A stretch of 62,396 bases of DNA from positions 10,791 to 73,186 of the forward strand of contig JBNKTL010000014.1 in assembly GCA_050298055.1 (NCBI GenBank). The letters are read 5' to 3'. How positions within the stretch are numbered: position 1 is the first letter of the stretch; each line of letters starts with the position of its first letter. This DNA comes from Spirochaetota bacterium. GTDB lineage: Bacteria; Spirochaetota; UBA4802; UBA5550. Positions 49,201 to 58,934 of the stretch are shown here, one piece after another. The position numbers and the translations under genes are program-made. Under the pieces are notes generated by a model, which was not told where the DNA came from, made no database searches, and was given only the letters and a program-made list of their open reading frames with translations.

Positions 49201-49256
49201 TCAAAGAGATAAGCGGATTTACCTTCCAGTTTGCCATAGGAGATATGAGGTTTTAA
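46215..49256 (+). CDS. bamA: Outer membrane protein assembly factor BamA with extra N-terminal POTRA domains
   Basis: GNKKTKDKVIRRE, LGFF, VEEQPSG, NLMGNGQ, IRGW, terminal F; over 1000 aa. Confidence 0.93.
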   Translation: MRKALFTIITISTLSAVILFSPTGMSQTSKYEGMVVTRIEFRGLRRNSPGTFLKIMKTREGAPLNIKELGKDRNNLMQFGQLSELTISYSEYRNGVSLRLTCSEKGNRSDRFTRFEGTEIERINFVGLNLISANDLAGIMKTAKGKKFSLSLLEKDIEEIRKIGKVDKVFYWLEASKEKVVLSISIVEKEFTFLKPEKYEGKMVRKMRVFGLVNINSTDILDEMKTTPGYPLRAMEIKEDIKKIFHEFKFSNVEIMIEEYKGGVRLGIFCKESPQVKTIIFKGMDKFQEADIIESLPLKEGEVYRKDFLEKSISLIKKKYDEEGLFNAIVTYRILPVEDENNVEVEIIIDEGEDIKVAKISLLGARKIDPEELFKVFETKEETAFDDGTFKRDIYEQDKGKLLAYYKENGYLDAQIIEDKVEYEWEDPTRQEKRAIFIVIKLTEGDKYYFDGYTIDIKTKGKKPVVDPDVLMKNFQLNEKGELFNNTKFLMDKQNISFLYASRGYIFARVTPNRTVTEREVVVDNVKEKRKFVKIDFVIYEGNKAYVEGIIIKGNKKTKDKVIRREILIKEGELFDSRKVQISREKVFNLGFFKQVNFDMRPGSTENYMNLIVDVEEQPSGTISLGGGYGTTSGFSIFADLAENNLMGNGQRVGIKFEYGPQRRSVTLSFMERWLFDYPVGFDASVFYHLYNLTDTSIFENSNEESEYQKQVVGYSMGLSYRFLYFYEIGTRWTHSFKSYINPTGNSKDDIFLAVAEGLQEKRTQSVYLYRNTKDNYLNPTSGSKIGVSVGFTGSLLGGQDHFLKYSPEVNFYFSPFHIPFLKTHPCVIEIRANGTFLMEPFRSSSIKQSYEENAWLESEDRLRMGGPETIRGWDYLDNSFPDSWSDVGLYHRILYGFEFRIPIHPQMLWLAFFWDAGSLWTDKFWEKQLIEDNYDIVSDDKDDGLTYDIRDMFSDKVNLMEYFRYSWGLGFRVQIPMMPLRFWFGRKMLYRDGGFKEISGFTFQFAIGDMRF

Positions 49257-49757
49257 TTGAAAAACATATACCTTTTACTGCTGATTGCCACAACAATTTT
49301 ACTGGCAGCCTGCTCCGGGAAAGGAAGCGGTATCAGGAAGGAACAGAAAAAAACTGTTATCAGGTATGTTAACCTGAATTCTCTCTATACGGCCCTGTCT
49401 GAAAGAGAACCTGAATATAAAATGATCTCCGCAAAAAGAAGACAGATCATGGATGAAATGGAAAATCTGCAGGAGATAATACTCACGGGAAAGAGCAGCG
49501 GTGAAAAAGATCTCAATCAACTGAGACAAAAAAGGAAAGATCTGGAAAAGCTTGATGCCGGTATAAAAGCCATGAAAAGCAGGATTTACTCAAAAATCAA
49601 CACTGCTCTGAAAAAAATATCAAGGAATGGAAATATCGATTTTATTCTGAACCTGGGTGACGGCCTTGTCTATGCCGGTAAAAAGTATGATATTACCGAA
49701 GATGTCATGAGGGAAATCATCAGGCAGAGGAAAAGATCAGCACCGGTATCCAGGTAA
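49257..49757 (+). CDS. Skp/OmpH-like protein (lipoprotein-type signal)
   Basis: IRYVNL, coiled coil, IDFILN...LVYA...DITEDV; directly after bamA. Confidence 0.75.
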   Translation: MKNIYLLLLIATTILLAACSGKGSGIRKEQKKTVIRYVNLNSLYTALSEREPEYKMISAKRRQIMDEMENLQEIILTGKSSGEKDLNQLRQKRKDLEKLDAGIKAMKSRIYSKINTALKKISRNGNIDFILNLGDGLVYAGKKYDITEDVMREIIRQRKRSAPVSR

Positions 49758-50042
49758 GGAGAATTTATTGACTGATATCAGCTGATTTATTTCTTCCCTA
49801 AAGTATCTTTCCTGAAAATCCAGTTCTTTAACCATGAATTTAAATTGACATTATATTCCTATTAATAAAACTTGTTTTAATTACTCAGCAATATGGTTAA
49901 AATATATTCATGTTAATTCGGAGTTGATGAAGATATTTTATCAATATTAATAATGTTTATACTGAATTTGAAGAATTTAACATTTATTTATCATTCCACT
50001 GAGGAGTAACTTACGTTTTAATATTTCTTATGGAGGCTAACC

Positions 50043-50366
50043 TTGTTTAATATGATAGGTATTGCATATGCCCAGTCTCAGGGAGGAGGAGCTCAGGGTT
50101 CACCCATGGGTGCCTTTGGAAGCATGGTTCCCATTGTCCTGATGATTCTCATCATCTATTTTCTCCTGATAAGGCCGCAGCAGAAAAAAGAGAAAGAGAG
50201 AAAAAGTATGATTTCTGCTATTAAAGAAGGAGATAGGGTCATAACTGCAGGTGGTATACACGGAGTCGTTGCCGGCATAAAGGATGAAAATACTGTAGTC
50301 CTTAAAATTGCCAATAATACGAAAGTCGAGTTTTCAAAAAGTTCAATACAGAATAAAATTTCCTGA
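50043..50366 (+). CDS. yajC: Preprotein translocase subunit YajC
   Basis: YFLLIRPQQKK, GDRVITAGGIHG; RBS ggagg before TTG. Confidence 0.96.
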   Translation: MFNMIGIAYAQSQGGGAQGSPMGAFGSMVPIVLMILIIYFLLIRPQQKKEKERKSMISAIKEGDRVITAGGIHGVVAGIKDENTVVLKIANNTKVEFSKSSIQNKIS

Positions 50367-50383
50367 AAAAAACAGTATAATTT

Positions 50384-51025
50384 ATGAAGTATAGACTTAA
50401 CAGGATCTCAATGAGAAGATTTCAATTGCTGTCTATACTATTACTGGTATTTTTGTGCAGTAATGTATGGGCAGAGGAGGGTCCGGGGAAGAAAGAGAAA
50501 ACCGGAACTACTGATCGGAAAACTTCTGAGATAAGTGGTGCTGAAAAAAAGACTGCTCCTGTTAAGGATAAAACGGTAAAACCGGAAAATATATCCCCTG
50601 AAAAAGAGAAGAAACAGAAATCTGAGAAGATAAAAGCACCTGCGAAAAAAACCGCTGAAAAGAAAAAAGATGTGAAAGCGGGTAAGCCCGGGGAAAAGCC
50701 AGCCGGTTCTGAGGTTCATGGTTCGATCCTTTTCATTGATGAGGGAGAATACAAGTATCTCAGGATTCCTGGCTACAAATCAGAAATCAGTGTTAAGAAA
50801 AATGATGAGAGCAGCGGCAAGGGTGAAATTGTCAGGATTCCGGATAAAATTGAGATAGAAGATTCAAAAAAGGAGCCCGGGGGGCTTTTCGGTTTCAACA
50901 GGAAAACCTCGGACATGCTGGTAAAAATATTTCTCGGCGTGATGGTTTTTAGTATCTTTCTCCTTTACAGGGTAAGATCCAGGAAAAAAAGCAGCAAAGT
51001 ATTAAGGCGGTATCCCAACAGGTAG
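50384..51025 (+). CDS. Hypothetical exported Lys-rich protein with C-terminal TM, between yajC and secD
   Basis: Signal peptide, low-complexity K/E region, YLRIPGY, TM then LYRVRSRKK. Confidence 0.7.
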   Translation: MKYRLNRISMRRFQLLSILLLVFLCSNVWAEEGPGKKEKTGTTDRKTSEISGAEKKTAPVKDKTVKPENISPEKEKKQKSEKIKAPAKKTAEKKKDVKAGKPGEKPAGSEVHGSILFIDEGEYKYLRIPGYKSEISVKKNDESSGKGEIVRIPDKIEIEDSKKEPGGLFGFNRKTSDMLVKIFLGVMVFSIFLLYRVRSRKKSSKVLRRYPNR

Positions 51026-51131
51026 AACCGGGAAGTGCGTAAACTGATATTCAAGAGTCTTAATTGCAGGTTTTTCATACTCAGAAACCGGGAAATAAAA
51101 ATTGAAATGATAACAGAAACAGAGGATATTT

Positions 51132-52787
51132 ATGGCGAGAGGAAAGGTATATAAAAGTCTCTATATACTTGTAATAATAGGAATTTCAATCCTGTTAATT
51201 CTACCCACAGTGGGTGAGAAGAAGATGGAAGTTGTCCTGTCTCCGGATGCTACCCAGGAGGAAATTGTTACTGTAAAGAACAGGTTTTCTTCCAGCGATT
51301 ACAGTGTCGAGGAGAAAGGAAAGACTCTCTTTATCAGGGGAAGCAACATCACTGATGCCATAATGAATGAAGTCAGGATATTCAGGGGCGTGCAGAATGT
51401 GAAGATACTCAAACACTGGGTTGAGGAGAAACTTCTGGCAAAAAAGATCAACCTGGGGCTTGACCTACAGGGTGGGATGCACCTTGTCCTGAGGGCAAAT
51501 TTTGAAAGCATACAAAAGAAGCTTAAGAGAGAGCTTACCGAAAAGGATAAAACAGAAATTACCCAGCAGGCCCTTGAGCTTCTGAGGAACAGGGTGGACA
51601 AGTTTGGTGTTTCCGAGCCGTCAATCAGGCCCCGGGGGGTCGAAGCAATAGAGATACAGCTCCCGGGTGTCAAAGATCCCAAAAAGGTGAAGGATGCTAT
51701 CGGTAAGACCGGGCGTCTCGAGTACAGGTTTGTTGATGAGAAATATACAGCTGATGCCGGGAACTGGCTGGGTGCAAACTATAAGGATAAGCAGCTCCCT
51801 CTGAGAGCTGAGGAACAGAAAACTCTCCTTGATCAGATTAGCAGGGAGATAAAGCTTCCCGAAGGGATGGATATCGTCTTTTTCTTTAAGAGAGACAAGG
51901 ATTCCAAGAAGGTTTTCCCCACATCACCCATGGTGCTGGTGAAGGATGTCTCACTTGAAGGTACCGATATTGAAGAAGCTGCAGTGGACAGGGATGAGTT
52001 TGGAAGAATTGTTGTCCGGTTCAAAACAACAGCGGAAGGAGCCGCAAAACTGGCAAAGGCCACTGCCAAGGAGAATAAAGGAAAGAGGCTTGCTATTGTC
52101 CTGGATAGAAAAATCCGGAGCGCTCCAAGCATTAACGAACAGATTGGCACCGGAAGCGGGAATATCAGCGGAGGATTCACCTATGATGAAGCCCTGACCC
52201 TGACACGGATCATAAAAGAGGGAGCGCTTCCCGTTGATCTGGAGTTCATTGAAGAGAGAACAGTAGGGCCGTCCCTTGGCCAGGACTCAATTGAATCCGG
52301 AGTGAAAGCCATCCTCATAGGACTGGCCGGTGTCATGCTTTTCATGATACTCTACTATAAGCTCGGGGGACTGATCGCGGATATCGGACTGATCCTGAAC
52401 ATGATATTCATGCTGGCGATCCTTTCGCTTCTCGGGTTTACCCTGACACTGCCCGGTATAGCAGCCTTTATTCTTACGGTGGGTATGGCTGTGGACGCCA
52501 ATGTTATTATTTATGAACGGATAAAGGAAGAGATCAGGAACGGAAAATCGGTGAGAATGTCTATCGTTGCCGGTTTTGATAAGGCCTTCTGGACGATTAT
52601 TGACGCGAACCTGACCACAATTATAGCGGCATTTATCCTGTCGCAGTTTGGAACAGGTCCTATTAAGGGTTTTGCCGTTACGCTCTTTATCGGAATACTC
52701 TCCAGTATGTTTGTTGCGCTCTATATAACCAGGTTTATCTATGAATTAATATCTCTGAACAAGAAGATTAAAAAATTGAGCATATAA
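51132..52787 (+). CDS. secD: Protein translocase subunit SecD
   Basis: LGLDLQGG, RVDKFGVSEP, TVGPSLG, GMAVDANVIIYERIKEE. Confidence 0.97.
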   Translation: MARGKVYKSLYILVIIGISILLILPTVGEKKMEVVLSPDATQEEIVTVKNRFSSSDYSVEEKGKTLFIRGSNITDAIMNEVRIFRGVQNVKILKHWVEEKLLAKKINLGLDLQGGMHLVLRANFESIQKKLKRELTEKDKTEITQQALELLRNRVDKFGVSEPSIRPRGVEAIEIQLPGVKDPKKVKDAIGKTGRLEYRFVDEKYTADAGNWLGANYKDKQLPLRAEEQKTLLDQISREIKLPEGMDIVFFFKRDKDSKKVFPTSPMVLVKDVSLEGTDIEEAAVDRDEFGRIVVRFKTTAEGAAKLAKATAKENKGKRLAIVLDRKIRSAPSINEQIGTGSGNISGGFTYDEALTLTRIIKEGALPVDLEFIEERTVGPSLGQDSIESGVKAILIGLAGVMLFMILYYKLGGLIADIGLILNMIFMLAILSLLGFTLTLPGIAAFILTVGMAVDANVIIYERIKEEIRNGKSVRMSIVAGFDKAFWTIIDANLTTIIAAFILSQFGTGPIKGFAVTLFIGILSSMFVALYITRFIYELISLNKKIKKLSI

Positions 52788-52862
52788 TACAATTATTTGC
52801 TCTCCAGCTGAGTCATTACGAGCAGGAATAAAAAACAGGTTGCAGAATAAAAGGAGTTTGGA

Positions 52863-53744
52863 TTGAAACGGGTCATAGAATTTCTCAAGTACAGGTATAT
52901 AGCGTTGGGTCTGTCATTTTTAATGTTTGCCGGTTTTACCGCCGGAACGGTATTAAAAGGCGGACTGAACTTCGGTATTGATTTTGTGGGCGGTATAAAG
53001 ATCATTGCGAAATTTGAAAAAGGGATTGACGAAGGAAAAATCAGGAGTGCGCTCTCAAATTATAATCCGCTGGTTCAGCAGATAGGCGAAGCGGAGAAGA
53101 ATGAATATATTGTATCCACAAAACTTTCCGATAAGAAAAACTCAACAAAAGAGGGGCTTGACGAGATAAAGAAAAGTCTCTCCGCGGCATTCAGCAACAT
53201 AGAGTTTATGAGCGAAGAGAATGTGGGGCCTGCGATTGGTGATTTTCTCAAGAGATCTGCCATCAAGCTCTTTCTTGTGGCGTTGATCCTTATGGCAATA
53301 TACCTTTCATTCAGGTTTGAATTCAAGTATTCAATAGGCGCACTGGCCGCCCTTGTTCACGATATAGGAATTACGGTTGTCTTCTGCGGGCTTGCCGGTG
53401 TTGAGATCAATATTCCTGTAGTCGCTGCAATCCTTACAATTTTCGGATATTCCATTAATGATACTATTGTCATTTTTGACAGGATAAGGGAAAATATCCA
53501 TGTAAAGTCCAAGCAGACATTTCTTGATGTCATAAACAGGTCCATATCACAGTCGCTGTCAAGAACACTTCTTACATCTTTAACAACTCTCTTCTCGGTC
53601 CTTGCCCTCTACTTTCTCGGGGGAGAGGTGCTCAATGATTTTGCTCTTGTTCTCCTGTTCGGGATCTTTGTAGGAACATATTCTTCAGTCTATGTTGCAT
53701 CGCCGGTCCTGCTTGCGTGGGAAAAGTTCAGAGCAAGAAAATAG
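52863..53744 (+). CDS. secF: Protein translocase subunit SecF
   Basis: GIDFVGG, VGPAIG, GYSINDTIVIFDRIRE, GTYSS. Confidence 0.97.
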   Translation: MKRVIEFLKYRYIALGLSFLMFAGFTAGTVLKGGLNFGIDFVGGIKIIAKFEKGIDEGKIRSALSNYNPLVQQIGEAEKNEYIVSTKLSDKKNSTKEGLDEIKKSLSAAFSNIEFMSEENVGPAIGDFLKRSAIKLFLVALILMAIYLSFRFEFKYSIGALAALVHDIGITVVFCGLAGVEINIPVVAAILTIFGYSINDTIVIFDRIRENIHVKSKQTFLDVINRSISQSLSRTLLTSLTTLFSVLALYFLGGEVLNDFALVLLFGIFVGTYSSVYVASPVLLAWEKFRARK

Positions 53745-53800
53745 AAGGTTTTAGAATTCCATCCAAATACCTGTTTTAAATAAGTTGTCGGGTATAAGTT

Positions 53801-54712
53801 TTGAAAATTCTCCTGACTTTAATAAGTGTCTGTTTTATCATACTGCATAACGGGGACCTTCTCTCCGCTGATGCAGGAACTGTCACCGGCCATGCTGAAT
53901 ATTCCGCAGAGAACATCAGGGGTTTTGCAAGGAACCTGGTTGAGAAGAGAGAATACTACAGGGCGTACCTGGAGATTGACCGCCTTGAGTCATACTATCC
54001 CGGATATCTCTCGCCAATGGAATTTCATGTAACAAGAAATTATCTGCTCTTTATGGGGGAGCGTTACAATACCGTAACGTCCTACAATTATCCGGGCAAT
54101 GATAAGGCTATTGCCGGTGTTCTTTCACTTTTCAGATTTGATTCATACATGAAGCTCTCCGATTTTCAAGGGGCAGGCAAAATTCTTCAAACTGTAGATA
54201 AAGGGGAAGACTTCTCCGGGATGTTTGTGAAGAGAAAATTTTACTATCTCGCAATGACCGGCAGGCTGGATAAACCCGGCAGGAGTGAAAAGTCTTCGGA
54301 AGAACCTGATTTCAGCGCTTATGCTGAGCTGAAGAAATATTCCAGCGGGATCCATAACAGCATGAAGTCGCCTTCAGCCGCACTGATGTGGGGACTCATC
54401 CCGGGGATGGGTTATGCCTACAGCGGTGAAAAGAGCACAGGTATGGTGGCCGCCATAGTCATTGTTCTGAATGCGGCAATTTCATACTACGCATTTACCA
54501 GTGGCAGTGAGTCCATAGGTGTTTTTGTTGGAATAATCGGGACCTTCTTTTACACGGGAAGTATTCTGGGAGGTTACATGGCTGCCAGCAAATACAATAA
54601 CAGTATGACAGATTTGTTAAACCAGCGTTTGAACAGGGATCTTCAACTTGACAGTGATAGGGAAGAGATTTATAGTAGCCGGGGGATCGGAAAAAGTGGA
54701 AAGAAGGAGTGA
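53801..54712 (+). CDS. Hypothetical protein, TPR-like N-terminus and C-terminal KSP..IPGxGxxY membrane domain
   Basis: EYYRAYLE..R; KSPSAALMWGLIPGMGYAYSG plus TMs. Confidence 0.7.
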   Translation: MKILLTLISVCFIILHNGDLLSADAGTVTGHAEYSAENIRGFARNLVEKREYYRAYLEIDRLESYYPGYLSPMEFHVTRNYLLFMGERYNTVTSYNYPGNDKAIAGVLSLFRFDSYMKLSDFQGAGKILQTVDKGEDFSGMFVKRKFYYLAMTGRLDKPGRSEKSSEEPDFSAYAELKKYSSGIHNSMKSPSAALMWGLIPGMGYAYSGEKSTGMVAAIVIVLNAAISYYAFTSGSESIGVFVGIIGTFFYTGSILGGYMAASKYNNSMTDLLNQRLNRDLQLDSDREEIYSSRGIGKSGKKE

Positions 54713-55919
54713 ATTCATTGAGAATGCCTTGAGAATTGCTTTCAACAGGATAGGCATGACATCGCCAAATCCCCCTGTTGGTGCGGTTATTGTGAAAAAT
54801 GGCGAAATCCTTTCCACCGGCGGCACATCCACCTATGGTGATGACCATGCAGAGGTGGTTTCACTAAAAAATGCTTCTTCCTGCACGCCGGTTTCAGATC
54901 TTAAAGGAGCTGATATCTACGTTACACTGGAACCGTGCAATCACCATGGAAAAACCCCTCCCTGTACCGAGGCCATAATTGATGCCGGTATCTCAAGAGT
55001 GTTTATCCCCCTCCTTGATCCTAATCCCATAGTCAGGTCCAGGGGTGTGGAGAGGCTCCGGAATGCCGGAATTGAAGTCATCATCATGAATGAGCAGAGC
55101 AGCCGCGCTTATGACATCATCAGGCAGTTTGACAAGTATATCAGGACCGGTGAACCCTTTATCATAAATAAAAGCGCGATATCACTGGATGGCCGGCTGG
55201 CCACTGTCAGCGGGGACTCCAAGTGGATATCATCGGAGTATACCCGGTACCTTTCCCATAAGCTCAGGGCGAAAGTGGATGCGATCATTGTAGGTAAGAA
55301 CACACTGAAGAATGACAACCCCAGCCTGAATATCAGGCTTGATTCATACAGCGGTGAAGTCCAGGATTTTTTCAGGGATAATGAGGTAAAAATAAAAGGA
55401 AGGGATAATTATTTCATTAATGGCTTGATCAATTTTGAAATATCTGATTATAATCAACCACTGAGAGTGGCTGTTGGTCTTCCTGAAGATCTCGATGCCG
55501 GCTATAATATAGCTGCTGATAATAACTATGTCATCTATGCGACAGATGATGAAATGTCCGAATATAAAGGAAAGAGTGAACTCAATATAATAGTAACCCC
55601 GGGGAAGACACCGGCGGAGAGAATTGATTTTATTGTCAGGGACCTTGCATCACGGGGAGTTATCATGGCAATGCTGGAAGGGGGTGGGGGACTGGCAGGT
55701 TCTTTTTTTCAAGCCGGTAAAATTGACCAGTTTATGTATACGGTTACACCAAGGATTTTCGGCAGCGGCATCAGCCCGGTAAATTCTTCGGGAGTAGAAA
55801 AAGTATCGGAGTCACTGAAGCTTCATGATATAACCAGCGTTATGATCAGGGATGAAGTTATCTATACGGGTTATAGAAATCCGCTGCCCATGCTGGAAAT
55901 CATTCAGGGGGAAGGGTAA
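54696..55919 (+). CDS. ribD: Riboflavin biosynthesis deaminase/reductase
   Basis: TSPNPPVGAV, HAE, TLEPCNHHGKTPPC, SLDG, SKWIS, LEGG; probable GTG start 54696. Confidence 0.96.
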   Translation: MERRSEFIENALRIAFNRIGMTSPNPPVGAVIVKNGEILSTGGTSTYGDDHAEVVSLKNASSCTPVSDLKGADIYVTLEPCNHHGKTPPCTEAIIDAGISRVFIPLLDPNPIVRSRGVERLRNAGIEVIIMNEQSSRAYDIIRQFDKYIRTGEPFIINKSAISLDGRLATVSGDSKWISSEYTRYLSHKLRAKVDAIIVGKNTLKNDNPSLNIRLDSYSGEVQDFFRDNEVKIKGRDNYFINGLINFEISDYNQPLRVAVGLPEDLDAGYNIAADNNYVIYATDDEMSEYKGKSELNIIVTPGKTPAERIDFIVRDLASRGVIMAMLEGGGGLAGSFFQAGKIDQFMYTVTPRIFGSGISPVNSSGVEKVSESLKLHDITSVMIRDEVIYTGYRNPLPMLEIIQGEG

Positions 55920-55923
55920 AAAG

Positions 55924-56571
55924 ATGTTTACCGGTTTAGTTGAAGAGATTGGTATTGTAAAAGCGGTTAAACCAGCCGGTGACGGTATAAATTTAGAAAT
56001 AAGCTGTAATGAAGTCCTCGAAGGAACATCCAGGGGGGATTCGCTCTCGATAAACGGTGCCTGCCAGACAGTCACTGCCCTGGGAAAGGACTCATTTACT
56101 GTCTATGCATCAAAGATCACCTGTGAGACAACCACCCTTGGCCGTTTCAGGCCGGGATCGAGGGTAAATCTTGAGAGGGCCATGAAGGCCGGTTCCCGTT
56201 TCGGCGGGCATATGGTCCAGGGGCATGTTGACGGGAAGGGGAAGATCCTGAGCTTAAAAAGCGATTCGGAGGGACTTGAGATAAGTATCGAAACCGGGCA
56301 GGACCTTCTGAAGTATATGGCACATAGGGGTTCCGTTGCCGTTGACGGGATCTCTCTGACGATTGTGTCGCTAATTGAGAATGGATTTGTTCTCTATCTC
56401 ATACCGGAATCACTGAGCAAAACAATCGTATCCCGTTGGAAAACCGGTGACGAGGTCAATATTGAGGTGGATATCCTGGCTAAATATATTGAGAGAATGT
56501 TATCGAAAGGGGATGAACGGGAAGAGAGCGGGAGCCTTAAACAGAAATTACTGGAAGAGGGATATATCTGA
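55924..56571 (+). CDS. ribE: Riboflavin synthase (alpha chain)
   Basis: MFTGLVEE, NGACQTV, VNLERA, GGHMVQGHVD, VDGISLT, VNIEVD. Confidence 0.96.
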   Translation: MFTGLVEEIGIVKAVKPAGDGINLEISCNEVLEGTSRGDSLSINGACQTVTALGKDSFTVYASKITCETTTLGRFRPGSRVNLERAMKAGSRFGGHMVQGHVDGKGKILSLKSDSEGLEISIETGQDLLKYMAHRGSVAVDGISLTIVSLIENGFVLYLIPESLSKTIVSRWKTGDEVNIEVDILAKYIERMLSKGDEREESGSLKQKLLEEGYI

Positions 56572-56607
56572 TCAAAAGATCTTTGCCCTGTTCACGGGAA
56601 GAAGAGG

Positions 56608-57840
56608 ATGCCGAAAAAAAATCTGATTATCTATCATAAAACCGTTACGGATATTGATTACAGGAGTGTCCTTTTAAAGGGCGGGTATGAAATATTCGCA
56701 GGCAGCAATTGGAAAGAGGTTTATCTTGAATATATCGATAAGCTGTCTGATGTTGTTGTGATTGAACTTTCCGAAGATGACAGTGATTCAAAAAAACTTC
56801 TGGAGAAGCTGATCTCGGATATCAACAACCCGTCACTCTTTATTTTAACACCAATTAAATCTCCCGAAACTATTGTTGATCTCATGAAGAAGGGTATAGC
56901 GGACTTTATGAACATCCCTCTGAACAGTTCCGAATTTGCCAACAGGCTGGGAAAGGTCTTCAGAGACCATGAACTTAAACGTACCCTGAAAAATGCTGAA
57001 AAGGAAAAGATTAAAAATCTCGAGAGCCAGCTCCAGTGGTACAGCTGGGAGGAGAGAGCGAGGAGCAGGGACAAGACCAGCATGAGGGAATCGTTGTTTC
57101 ACAGCCTCCAGTTGAGTTTCAACAGGCCTGCGGGGATAGGCGCCCTTGTGACCCTTACTGAATTGATTGGTTCCATGGCGGAGAAGAAGGGGGACAAGTA
57201 TATTGTCGATGCGGACATATTTGAAGCGGCTGTGGAAAACGGGAAGATATCGCAGAAGACAATTGATATTTTTTCCGGTATCGATTTTATTGTTGATCTC
57301 GATTTGAACCTTGAAATTGTTTCATGCAGTGAATTGCAGGATATCATCAGGAAAGCCGTAAGTGAGGTTGAACCATATATAATAGTAAAGAAAAACACGA
57401 TCGTTGCCAACGAGATTAATGAATGCTCAAAGGCCCCGAATATCTATCTTGAAAGGGAGAGGTTCAAGAGTGCCCTTAATGAAGTTCTTATTAATGCCCT
57501 GAAGTTTTCCAAAGATTTCACAAAGGTAATGGTGATAACTCACTTTGATGAAGAAAATATCAATATTTCTGTCTTCAATGAACCGTTGATCGATGAAGAA
57601 GGACACGAGGGGGTTCCCACTGAATTTGAAGACCTTGTCTTCGAGCCGTTTTTCAGAATTACAAAAAAAGTTAACGAAGCGTATAAAACACTGGAAGTGG
57701 GTCTCGGCCTGACCCTTGTTGAGAAGATAATAAAAAAACATAACGGGATGGTGAAGATATCCAACATAAAAGACTACTCTGATATCAGCAGAGACCCTGT
57801 GACCAAGGTCCATCTCATGATATCACTTCCCATTTCCTGA
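56608..57840 (+). CDS. Atypical receiver plus histidine-kinase ATPase protein
   Basis: Degenerate receiver fold; EVLINALKFS, VFEPFFR, GLGLTLVEKII..HNG. Confidence 0.8.
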   Translation: MPKKNLIIYHKTVTDIDYRSVLLKGGYEIFAGSNWKEVYLEYIDKLSDVVVIELSEDDSDSKKLLEKLISDINNPSLFILTPIKSPETIVDLMKKGIADFMNIPLNSSEFANRLGKVFRDHELKRTLKNAEKEKIKNLESQLQWYSWEERARSRDKTSMRESLFHSLQLSFNRPAGIGALVTLTELIGSMAEKKGDKYIVDADIFEAAVENGKISQKTIDIFSGIDFIVDLDLNLEIVSCSELQDIIRKAVSEVEPYIIVKKNTIVANEINECSKAPNIYLERERFKSALNEVLINALKFSKDFTKVMVITHFDEENINISVFNEPLIDEEGHEGVPTEFEDLVFEPFFRITKKVNEAYKTLEVGLGLTLVEKIIKKHNGMVKISNIKDYSDISRDPVTKVHLMISLPIS

Positions 57841-57844
57841 TAAC

Positions 57845-58924
57845 TCAGAGTTTGAATATTTCCTTCAGGTCAACGGACCGGGGGGAAAGAGGGAGCGTTA
57901 TCTTCTTTCTGTTGTTATGTGACGAAAGGTATACTGCGTGTATTGCTTCAAGGGACCTGTACCCGTCAATTCCCGATGAGCATGATTTATCTTTCTTCCC
58001 TTTCAGGATTGCCGAAGCTTCCCTGTACATATTTATAAAACAGTTGCTCTTTCTGAAAAGGGGAAAAGAGACTTCCGAGAGGTCCCTGAAACCGGTATAG
58101 AATTTTGATTTTCTGTTGAGGTAAAGATGCTGATACCCGTTGCCCATAAGGATTCGCCCCTCTGTTCCCGTGATGTCAAGTTCAAACTGGAAATAGCTGC
58201 TGCTGCCGCCGGCTTCAAGGAAAATATCAACTCCCTCTTCTGTCTGCATCCATGCTGCGGCCCTGTCTTCAAATCCTTTCCTTCTTGAAGACCTGCTGAA
58301 TTCGCCCTCTACGGTTCTAATATCCCCAAAGAAGAACCTGATAATATCAATAAGATGGGTGCCGTCGTGAAGGAGCGGTCCCCCCCCTTCATCAATGGAT
58401 GACGGACCGCGGTATGGCCCGGTAATCATCTTCCCCATGACAGAATTAATTTTTCCGATTTTTCCGCTTTTAATGATATCCCTGGTTTTTTGGTACCTGC
58501 TGTGGTATCTTCTTTCGTGACTGACAATAAGATGTGTCCCTGTTTTTCTGCAGGTATCCAGAAGTTTCTTTCCCTGTATGAGGCCATGGGTTAAGGGTTT
58601 TTCCAGAACAATGACCTTTGCCCCTTTTCGCGCAGCTTCGATCCCTATTAAGTGATGAGAGTCGGTCCAGGTAGAGATTATTGCCAGCCCGGGTCTGCTT
58701 TTTTCAAGAATTTCTCTATAGTCCTCTGAAATATTACTGCGGGAGATCCCCGCTGCATGAGAGAATTTGCTGAGCCTGTCACGATTAATATCGCAGGCAT
58801 AGTTGACTCTTAATCCTGCTGCTTTTGCTCCTCCATAATGGGTGCAGGGTTTGTACCGGAGCGGATCTTCTTCCAGGAGGAAGCCAATCCTCCCGCAGCC
58901 GATGAGGGCAATGCTGGTGGCCAT
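57845..58924 (-). CDS. Gfo/Idh/MocA family oxidoreductase
   Basis: ALIGCGRIG, LEKP, GGGPLLHDGTHLID. Confidence 0.93.
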   Translation of the reverse strand: MATSIALIGCGRIGFLLEEDPLRYKPCTHYGGAKAAGLRVNYACDINRDRLSKFSHAAGISRSNISEDYREILEKSRPGLAIISTWTDSHHLIGIEAARKGAKVIVLEKPLTHGLIQGKKLLDTCRKTGTHLIVSHERRYHSRYQKTRDIIKSGKIGKINSVMGKMITGPYRGPSSIDEGGGPLLHDGTHLIDIIRFFFGDIRTVEGEFSRSSRRKGFEDRAAAWMQTEEGVDIFLEAGGSSSYFQFELDITGTEGRILMGNGYQHLYLNRKSKFYTGFRDLSEVSFPLFRKSNCFINMYREASAILKGKKDKSCSSGIDGYRSLEAIHAVYLSSHNNRKKITLPLSPRSVDLKEIFKL

Positions 58925-58934
58925 ATCAGGTTTC

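Noticed and set aside
54600..54700. FMN riboswitch upstream of ribD
   Set aside because: ribD overlaps the previous CDS; no RFN sequence.
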